Positions 53,801-64,000 of a stretch of 64,000 bases of DNA are shown here, in pieces. The notes under the pieces are model-generated. The model worked only from the letters and a program-made list of their open reading frames with translations. It did not search any database and was not told the origin of the DNA. The translations under genes and the position numbers were made by a program. Source of the stretch: Phoronis australis (taxonomy: Eukaryota > Animalia > Phoronida). Location: contig NMRA01000035.1 in assembly GCA_002633005.1 (NCBI GenBank), positions 124,001-188,000 on the forward strand. The letters run 5' to 3'. Within the stretch, counting starts at the first letter, position 1; each line of letters starts with the position of its first letter.

Positions 53801-56800
53801 TTCATAGGTAAACCGGACTGGTATTTTGCTCTTAAGAATGGTTCTTTTGAAAAATAAACTTTTGTAGCATAGAATGAGACCGTGACTGACTATGTCTGAG
53901 TCAATTTCAACAATGTGGCCGTCGTAAAGTGCTGCCGAAAACATCAATAGAATACAATGTCCAATGTGGCAACCATAACGTCGGCAATAACTACACAACA
54001 TCTCGAAATTGATCAGGTTTCCACATTCAAAAGAGTGCCTTACAGTTTTGATAATAAATTCCACAAAGCAAATAAGAGGTGAGTCTGGCCTAGCCTGAGC
54101 AGTAGGTGCTCAAGAGCTTCCACACATCTCTCAAACCTAAGCTACAACTCGTTCCAGTAGTAACTTGTTCTAGGGTAAGTCTGGGTGCAGACAGCCTTTA
54201 GTATGACCTAAAACTCAAAGCAGTCTGTTCCACTGAGCTTGAAAGAAAGGTATAAAAAGTTTCGTTAATGAAATTAACCTTTATGAAGTAATTTTGTCAG
54301 AGTAGGCAGATAAACATCTGGAAATGTTTGTTCACATTGAGCTTTGCTAGTATCACCATGCACCATGCACAAAATGATTCCGTTAGGAGATAAAAGCTTC
54401 ACCCATAGAAAATATACAACAATCTATGCTTTGGGATCTTTACCCACAACACAATAAAGCCTTTTCTCACAATAAAAATCTAACAAGAAATTTTGCAGTA
54501 TAAAGTGATATCAAATATCCAATAATTGCCTTCTATATGAACTGCATGTGATGAAGCCCTCCAAAGTAAGGTTCGCCGCACAGGCTCCCCTAGAGGGGGT
54601 CATGACGTTACTGTGTGTAGGGTACTGTATGCTTATCAGACTTGTTGTGTCTGCATTAGTTATCTGTACATTTCATTCAGTTGATATACAAAGGTCAGTC
54701 TACCCTGCACAAGGGTGCATCTTACACCCCTGTAATTACCTTGAGCCTTAAAGGGATTACATGCAAACAAGGCTGGAAACATGTGTTAATTTTCCACTAA
54801 CAGCTGAAACCATTCAACTACCCATCATACAGAAGGGACAGACTTTTCTGCAACAATCGTGTTACCTGTAGAAACTCCATTACCCCAGTAATAATATGAA
54901 GAGGTGGGGTTATTTGTTATTTGTTAATTTAAAGCCTAGTTGAACCTTTAGGCAGTAAATATAGGGTACACAACTGCTACAAGGCCATTGAACTCTAAGA
55001 AGCCAACCGATACCCTGTGAGCACTATCAATCTCTCAAAAGATGGGCACAAATTTTGCAAATATATACGAAGCTTGCAAATGCTTTGAACACTGTGCAGT
55101 TTGAAAGTGACCAAATGAATTTTCTACAGTCTTATGTCTTCATCATCTTCCTTAGAAACTTGTCAGGTACAGTAACCATTGCAATAACAGTGCTTGTTGA
55201 AATATGTTCCAGAGACTGTAAAAACTTGGTTGCAGTAAAAGATAAACAACAACCGGTTAAAATCCCAACTGCGCACAATATCCTACTAGGTGAAGTTTTA
55301 TGGTGAAATCAATGCCATGAAGTTAGTGACAATACTGTCTAGCCAACCTCGGAACAATAAACCAAGAATTATCTTTCGTCAGCGTGGGCGTTAAATAGAG
55401 TGTTTACTCCCAATTTAATCGGCTCCAAATACGTAGCTTGTCAATCATACTTCATGCTTCATTTGCAATAAAAAATAAAAAAACAGTATCAACAAAACGG
55501 AAGCCAACAAATTCAAAAAATGTATGCTGTTACCAGAATGTTCCAAAATTTGTTGTAACATGATATTTTATACTTAATATTACTGTCAAAGTCCTTTAAC
55601 AGCAAAAAGTGACTCATCGTAAGATGACAATCTGACAGAATTAATTTGAATACATCAATGTTATGCAAGAATGATGCAAAACTGGTGTTGACTCACCACA
55701 TTGCATCAAGTCCTTTCAATGTCATACTACAAGACAACTTGGTAAGCTATTTGATTTTTCATAATGAACCAATCAAGCGGAGCTAACACCAGGCCAGTCA
55801 TTCCTTGTCCAAATCCTTGTGTGGTAGCAAAAGGAATTACTGGTAGTAACTGTAAGAAGTTTAAGCATTGCCCAGGTTTGATATACCAAATACTCTCACA
55901 TACAATTCAATACAAATAAAGTAACAGCACTTTGAAAGACAAAGTAACGACGCATAAAAATGTCATTAAAATCTAGTTCAATAAGCATAGATTCACAATT
56001 ACCAGGTATGAGTCACTGCTAAATGAGATTCCGCAGTAATCCCGATGGATTTAGCTACTGAATGTGAGTTATTAGACACATCCCAGGGACACAGACAAAG
56101 GAAAACGCTAGCGCCAGTAGACTGTGATAAAATGTATTGGAATTATCTCTAGGGTAATCAACAGTAAGACAATGGGGACTGAAGTCGTACTCTTCTTTGA
56201 TTATTATGAAAGTGCTGAAAAGCAAATGTTTAGGAGAGCACAGTTTGCTTTAGCTATGATTCATAAGTAATGACTGAGGATATTTTATGCAGAAAAAACT
56301 AGATTATTGCCTGTGGTACACAAAGGGGAATTTGAGTGTTTTTCCTAATGACAGGGCATATTGTTAATGCTTTTCACATAACTTACAGTAACAACTTACA
56401 TTACTTTCAAGACTGCGAGAGGTTGACGTAGAACAAGGATGTTGTTACATAGAAAAATGTACATATTGTGCCTGCGTATTTGATATTATCTTTTTCCACT
56501 ACATAAAAAGTAACACGTGTATAGGTTGCCACACAGAGTCAGGTAGGTCCAATTCTACCCATGCTTATCAAGCTACTCGAAAAAGTCATACGCTAGTAGA
56601 TTAGAACAGGTAAATGCTGTCACACTATCGCCCTTCGAGCTGCCACTGATGAACAATGTTTTGACGTCATGCAATCATTAAGCAGATCCAGAGGGTGGTT
56701 TTATGCAACCTAGAGACGGACAGCAACCTGGAGGATACAATTACATGCCAATTAGCCATGAGAGCAACTGACATAGCAAATGACTTGGCTACATGTTTTG

Positions 56801-57692
56801 AGGTAAAGCTATGTAACCTTAAAGAATTTTGACTAAGTAACTGTCAGCGCATGAAAGGATTGCACTGAACAATCCCCAAAAATCATTAAATACCTCAGTA
56901 CAGGCCGGAGGACCAGTATTGAAGTACAATTGAGCAATCAATAATAGATACGGATTATCCACCATTAAAAATACACGATGGCTGGCAGTTCAATTATACC
57001 CAAGCCCGCAGCCGCACCAAACGCGAGTGAATAAGCCAGCAATGATTATACAAGGCAAACATACGTGTGGATGAAATATGTTTAACCAAAGCACCGAGTT
57101 TTAATTTAAAACATCCTAATTCAAGCATCAAACACAAACGACTGCCAAATTTGTTATTTATCCATCTATTACTCAAGGTAGGTGCACCTTTTTTACAAAG
57201 ACCATTAATTGTTGTTAAGATGACAAGTTTCTAGCTAATTCAAAATTTTCAGACACATCTTGCATATGCCTTTTTAACATGACCGCCTATTAGTCATATC
57301 ATTCAATAACCAATAACTAGGTCACAAAAAGGCGCCAACACCTTTTTAAGGTCAAAGGTCAGCCAGATAAGCTAGTCTGGACTAAACAAATACACACAGG
57401 GGGTAGATGACATGAAGGGGGTTGACACATGGCACTTGTTACTGATGATAGAAACTGGTAATTAGGACAGATTAAAGTATTTAGCAGTACCAGATATGAT
57501 AAGTTGTGGGTGTATACTTCTTGAACAAATTCACATAAGAAAAATCAGATTATATCAAAATATCCATTTGAGAATAAAAGTTAAGGGAATATTCATGAAT
57601 GGAAAAACAGTCAGTGTAACTTAGTTTCCTAGAATTTCACGTTCTGAAATATCTTAAGAGTGTACGACTTTAAATTCAATAAGTGGCGCTCG

Positions 57693-57885
57693 TACGGTAA
57701 AAACTCCTCAGTTTATTACACAATATAGGGGACAAGTGAAATTTCATTTTGTCAAATTTCTCAACAAAAATAACTTTTCAGAAAAATCTACTTTACTTTT
57801 AGCGTGCTTTGTACGCTTTTACCAAACAACATTTGGTAATATTTTGATCAACGTGGTAAGCCTCTGAATATAGAAATATGACAAT
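57693..57885 (+). repeat. Dispersed repeat (family D)
   Basis: Co-linear similarity with 26605-26795. Confidence 0.7.
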
Positions 57886-58782
57886 ATTTGCGAGTGCTTG
57901 TGACCTATATTGAAGAACTTTTACCTCAAGACAACGATAGAACCTATGCCTGCGTTCAGGCAGTCACGTGGGATGGTTAGCCCACATATTGATGAACTAC
58001 TTTCTACTTTCAATCTATTCAGATGATAAATACGAGGAACCGTTACTCATTAGCACCGCACGGTGAATATAAAGTCATATAAATGCACTTGTTGGCAGAC
58101 ATGAAATCTACCAATTTTTAATTGAAATGTAATCATTTTACACCATCTTGATCTAGACAAATTACGTGCTTAATTTCTAATACACTATAAGCATTTTTAT
58201 TAACCTGTCAGAGCTTTCAGGAAGTATGACCATAATCTGGTCATCGGTGCACACAGTTGGTGCATTAAAATTGACCCATGGTTGACATATCATGACCTGT
58301 TTTAAATAATGAATGACCTGTAATCAAATATCTCATTTGCATGCAATAACTCTTCTGGTGTCAAGCTTGACCTCCCCTGTACAGAAAACCTGACCATGAC
58401 AGGACAGTAGTACCCATAACAAGACACTTGGCCAGGTCAGGACATGTTGAGGAGACAGACCACTACTAAAATATACATTACATAGAGGTATTCACAATTC
58501 CACAGCCACATCCAATTTTTAGTCATTTAGGACATTTTTTTCTATAATAAAATTAATACCCAATTCCACAATCCCAGATTCATTTTTCCAATAAAGCCAA
58601 ATTAACTACACAAGGCTGTAACTTATTGCTTGCCAATGGTATATTTTGCTAAAGCCAAAATTAGCTCAGAAAGTAGAAAAACTACATTTTATAACATAAA
58701 GTTAAATTTCACCAGTTATAATTGCTAAAAGCAAGATTAAGGAGGAAGAGAAAAAGTTTTCATTGTGTCATAGCAAAGACAC

Positions 58783-59059
58783 TGTTGCAAACATTTTACC
58801 GTAAGTGTGGTCAGCACGGCTCTCTTGGCCACATCACGTGACCTAATGAATATAAATCTGAAAAGACCACAGTTCGAACCCTGAGGACCTTCTGCTAACC
58901 GTGTAGACGCTCCAGCAACTGAGCCATCGGGACACGAGCGTTTGCATGATTAGCAGAAGTCCTGGGTTTGTGTCCTGGTCGGGGGCAAACTTATATTCAT
59001 TAGGTCACATGATGTCACCAACAGATGGCGTGCTCACCCAACTTAAAATGTTTGCAACA
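58783..59059. mobile_element. Fold-back element with tRNA-derived (Pol III A/B box) arms
   Basis: 16-bp perfect terminal IR tgttgcaaacatttta / taaaatgtttgcaaca, and a 24/25 inner IR acatcacgtgacctaatgaatataa. The minus strand shows tggctcagttg (A box) and ggttcgaac (B box). Confidence 0.75.
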
Positions 59060-60338
59060 TATTTTCCACGCCACATTGAGATTAAGATATTCGTATAAGC
59101 AAAGACACTGTTCTTCATCTAGGCTAGTTAATGCTTGTAGAAAGAAAATCTTTGTACTCAAGCCAGACAATGATAGCTATTGTAATGTGAAAATGCACCT
59201 TATACTAATGGTTATTGATCTGTCAAGTATTGATTAGTGAGACTGGACAGAGATGAAAACAAGACCTTTACACATCAGTGCTCTCCACAGCCTATTTACA
59301 CCTGTCACAGCATCGAGTTTAAATTTTCTCATGGCAAGTTTGGCTTACTTGCATCAAGTTTGAAAACCTGTGCTACGAATTTAAACTTTTGAAAGATTAG
59401 ACACCTTTAGTACACTGTGACATTTTGGATTGTTGGCATCAATTCAATGCATTTATTCTATGACTTAACACAAAAAATCCTCACAGTAGGGACATGGACT
59501 GTCAAACTTTTTCCTTAATTGATAATTCCAGTTGAGTTTGAATTTTGTGTTGCAGAGAACTCTCCACACCATCGCAGGGCTGAATATGATCGAAACCAGA
59601 GTCAAAATTTATATTGAACAAATGGACAAAAACTAAGTACCCATTTGTGACTTCATGATTTATTTTCATACTGATCATGATACAAGATAAAGAGTCAGTT
59701 GTTCACCGGCAAAACCAATTAGTGTCTCTGAGATGCAAGTAATTAGTCGAAAAGGACAGACATCTATGCAGTAATGGATTTTAGAAAGTGTAAAAACATA
59801 TGCCTTGAGTTGACTAGAACCGTGATTTCACATGAGTTTAAATAACGTCATCACTTCTCTAAACAGACAAAAGTTGTTAGGGTAAAAACAATAATTTCGA
59901 CGAATTTTTTAATTTAAATAATAGGTAATGCGTATACACTAATACGGCATAAGGCTGCAAACAACAGCGAGGGAACAACTTTAACTCTGTGAATGTCATA
60001 GTGAACTAAAAAAATCTTTCGAAACCAAGCAAGCTTATTCTTTACCAGTGGTGTGTCAAAATACCAAGTATGTAAATCACCTGCTCCCATGGTGTATTTT
60101 GGAAAACATTAGCAGCAAAACCACATATTACCAGATTACCGCCAATACCGACACAGGTAACTTGTTTTTTCACCTGTCAGGTCAATGAGCAGTCGGCCAT
60201 TTTGGATTTTGTTTACTACACATAAATTTATTTCAATGTTACTTTACAAAATAAAGGAGATGTGTCATGCAAAGACAACTCACAGAACGCTTGAACGGTC
60301 TCCTGAAATTTTCTCAGTAAATCATGCAACGAACATAC

Positions 60339-60404
60339 CTTTTTAGCAGGTGGTTGGCTTGGGGAACCGGCTTCTGCAGCCGGTTTTTCGTCATCGACCG
60401 TCAT
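60339..60404 (-). CDS. ANK2: Ankyrin distal first coding exon (MTVDDEKPAAEAGSPSQPPAKK)
   Basis: gcgcaATGA...AAA AAG|gtatgt, phase 0, so it joins exon 2 in frame. The low-complexity N-terminus ends in KK like vertebrate ANK2/ANK3 first exons. It lies at the edge of the most CpG-rich stretch in the window. Confidence 0.85.
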
Positions 60405-61300
60405 TGCGCCAAAAGATCAACTATTGTTGTCACCAGAATGTCATGAAATTTTCGAAATGAAAAAATCACGTCGACGGCGGAGATGACCTTCCGAAAATCA
60501 AAATTGCAAACGTTGCGATCGAAAGTGTCAAGTCGTCGAATACTTGGGATTCGATCTCGGTGAATCCTTGGCTTCCTGTCCACCGGTATCAGGTGGGCAA
60601 GTCTATTTTGTAATTTGATAGGGACGTCAAGTCATCTGTCGACAACAAAAGAATATTCAATTTAAGTGTTGGTTGAAATCGCGCAAACAAAGCATTAACA
60701 ATGAATTATTTTCCGAGAATTCTGAATTTTGATTCAATATTTAAAAATTCTTTTAATCGTGAATTCTTTGAACAATAAAATCCTAGTTGCGCCACCTAAT
60801 GTTAACGATGTTAACTTGTTCTCAGACATGGTTCGTCGATTCCGCGCTGGTTCTCTGCGCGCCGCTAGGTGGTCAGTAGCCAGCACGTGCTGGCTAGGCA
60901 CGTAGGGAACCAGCGAGGGTTCGTAGAGCGCTACGCCCAATGAAGCACGTTAGGTCCGTCCACGTACTAGGCCGGAAACTGTTGCACTCACAAACATTCG
61001 GGACCACGTAGAAGTGTCGTTGAAAACAATTTCAATTCTTCAATCTTTTAGGTGTACTCCATATGTTTGAAAAGGTATTTAGTTACCTCATTGGAAAATA
61101 GTTCAAAATATTTGGACACATCGTGAATAATACGCTTACAAGGAAGTCACGCATTTCTAAAGATATGCGGAAATTTTCACCGCTCGTCCTTCTGTGCGGC
61201 TTGTAGGGCCTACGAGGATCAAAGAGAGCGCGGCGCCCGGGAATTAGGTACAATTGTAATGACCGCATTGCACGATGCGAGAAAGACACATTTAAATGTA
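60405..61300 (-). promoter_or_regulatory. CpG-enriched 5' UTR/promoter region of the ankyrin gene
   Basis: Visibly high CpG density relative to the introns (e.g. ttccgcgctgg, gcgcgccgc, gcgcggcgcccgg), directly upstream of the distal ATG. It contains an E-box palindrome and a CCAAT at ~60937. Confidence 0.65.
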
Positions 61301-64000
61301 ATTATCCGAACATAAACTGTAGACATCTCTGACTGTACCCAATGGCGAATTTTCAAAATGCGTTAACCACTAATTTTCGTTATAAACGAACACCACAGCG
61401 GTATTCAGCTGAAAAAAACAACCAAGTACGGTTTTTGATTTTTAAAAATCGATGAACTAATAATCTAAAAACTACAATCATTAGGTACGATTGAAGATAA
61501 ACTACCGCGCGTATTGATATACTCGGCGGATATACAAACGTTGACCAGAGTTAACAATATCACATGGATTCATATTTTAATATTCTTTCAATCTCGTTTA
61601 ACCAGATTTTTGACCAGGAAAAATTGTTGTGCCCACTTTTCATTTTTTATTACTGACAAAGAGTTAGATTATTTATATATTCAGCGCCACCGAAATTGTC
61701 CACAGATTCCAAATCTTCAGTTTGGTTATCACCATATTTGCACTTTTGTATATATATTGTATTATTTGAGTTCTAAGATAAAAATCAAACTTTAATGACA
61801 CCTGAAATGTTTAGTGTACCTGTAATGTGGTAAGTTTAGGGATGGGCTCACAATGAACTTAACTAATTAAGTTTAACTGGCGATCAAAAGCTACCACTGT
61901 TTTGGTACTTTAAGTTCAAAACTTAGATGAAAAGTTATCAACCCGTTCCCGGTAAGAAAAAAGACAAGTGGGCAGTAGCATTAAAAATTAAATAAAGAAA
62001 ACCAATATGAAACACATAGTTCCTTTGGGAAGTGGTCCTTTATGAAGATAAACACAAGTTAACCTTTTTAGTCATTTTGTAATATTTATAATGTACCAAG
62101 TTAAAACTACTCTCCAAAGTTGCAGGCTATATCTCTGCAAATGTTAGAGGAAACCAAATTGGGGGTACTAACAACAACCATTGTTGAGACAGTAATGCTA
62201 GCAATTACCTTTCCCCTTCATTAGCTCAGATCTACTTCAATACAAAGGGCGTGCTGAATAAGCATCGGAAAAGTTGTCTGGGGCTTAGGGAATCAGAGCG
62301 GTCACCAATGTAAGCGAGAAATTCTCCACGTGAAATGTTTATTTTGTTTCAGCTGTTCAACAACCCAATGGCGAAATATAATTTCATAATGTAGTTATCC
62401 GGCTTTGATCCATGATAATTATTTGAAGGCTAACGACACAGGACAGTCTACAAGGCGGAAATATTATTTCGCAGACTACAAGTTGTCTGAATACGTGATC
62501 TATGACTATTCGAAGACTATAGCCATTCAGTTTATCAGAAATACACAAGTATGCAAAATTACTAGGTACACTTGTGGAATAACAACACAGTTTACAGCAT
62601 TAATATAGAGAAACGCATTTGCTATCAAAGAAATGCGACACGTTTGTAGACACATATTGAAAAGTCAAGTATAGTGTTATAGACTTACCCAAAACTAGCC
62701 AGTTAATTAAATCGGCATGTGGCGACATCTCACGGTAGCAATAGGGTTGCTTTTTATCAAACGTCTATATTTTTTCTCGACTAACCACATCCCACGACAG
62801 CTGACTTCTCGTAATAGGGATTCTTTTTATCTAAATTGCCAAAGCTTTTATAATTTTCTTGTTATTCCCACCATGTCACGTAACCCTGAACTCCTAATGC
62901 CGGAGACTGTCTATTTTTGCGTCGAAGTGGAACTTTCTTTTTGCCTTCGTGCTGCTGAAAGTCCTGTTGGGTTCTATAAACGTCATTCTTTATTGAAATA
63001 ACTAGAGAAATTTTTAAAGAAATCATTTTCACACTCTCGTTCTACTTATTTGTTCTCGAATATGTTTTACGCGGATATCTTGTTCGGCGCACTTGATGAC
63101 CCCAAGATATGCTGTGTGGTTTCGTGAACAACTTCTTAGTAATTATTCGAATGTGCCTAAAATGTCGTTTCTTTCCTGCATCACAACTATTTGGACAAAA
63201 AACGTCAGCCCACATAGGTTGCTTTGGTTTCAGTTCCAGTTCAATGTTTGAAGGAAATGCCGCACGAGCACTATACAAATATGTTAGTTTTAGCTCTCTG
63301 GTGCTCAAATCCGTTCAATTTAGAGCATAAGATGTTGGACAGGTGAATTTTTGTCACTGTCGTAAATGTTATGCGGTACCAGAATAATGTTTTGCCATAT
63401 CAAAGTTTCTTACAATATCTATTACCACTGAGACAATATTTTAAAAAATTGTTGGAATTCTCGGCAATGTTAGAAGCCCTCTATCATGGAAAAGTGCAAT
63501 TTTGGGAATCGTTTTCCGAAATTGCTGAGATTTTATCTTAAATATCATTTACTTAATGGTATTTGGTTTGTCTCGGAAATAATTTTTCACTCTTAACGTA
63601 CGTTAGTGAAGTCAACGGTGTTTTTGATGGTGAATCCAGGCATATATACGGCAAAATTTTTGCTTGGTTGAGTGTCGTTAAATCTTAACATTGCGAACTC
63701 TTGGCACGTGCCATAAAAATGTCACTCCACTTCGCTCCACATCTCGGATAAAACGGCACGGAATGGTCTCGACTCGCGAATAGACCATAACTCTACTGAG
63801 CTGTAGAATCTCAGCCTGGAACCTCGGCCCGCCGAAAAACTGTTTAGCGTTGATTAGTTATTTCCTTTTTCTCTGCGCACCTTTCAGAACATGAAGCTTG
63901 TTATACCAAAAAGTGTCATTTAAGTTCTGTACTAATTCAAAATAGAAAGGTTTGCCTGTCGACCGGCGAGTCGCTAAAACTATGACATGGATTGGTTTTA

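Noticed and set aside
62340-62608. Plus-strand acceptor (ttttgtttcag) and ORF 62405..62608 as a divergent gene
   Set aside because: All three frames after the acceptor hit stops quickly and the ORF has no recognisable motif; a non-coding divergent transcript cannot be excluded.

Overview
AT-rich eukaryotic (metazoan, probably invertebrate) genomic DNA, not prokaryotic; almost all ORFs in the supplied track are spurious. The window holds the 5' part of a canonical ankyrin gene (ANK1/2/3, Drosophila Ank2, unc-44 family) on the minus strand. It has a likely first coding exon at 60339-60404 beside a CpG-rich promoter and a ~47 kb first intron. Four phase-0 ankyrin-repeat exons follow (13034-13135, 4599-4796, 3472-3570, 2202-2387), then a 33-nt microexon (455-487, SGVSLVNDTTK) matching the vertebrate ANK2 'MMVNRTTE' insert. 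The gene continues past the left edge. The most interesting signal is a series of short ATG...GT phase-0 exons along intron 1 (MSTKSPGRG...EE, MSM, MKATTTT, MSTLIRIKR, MFKKLKGK). These look like an array of alternative promoters/first exons giving different N-termini on one ankyrin-repeat core; some will be chance matches and RNA data are needed. The introns contain many non-autonomous elements: a hAT-type MITE with an 8-bp TSD, a fold-back built from two head-to-head tRNA-derived units, an inverted pair of retroelement 3' ends flanking exon 2, a co-oriented ~75-bp repeat family and minisatellites. There is one 88-N assembly gap. All calls were read by eye with no database search.
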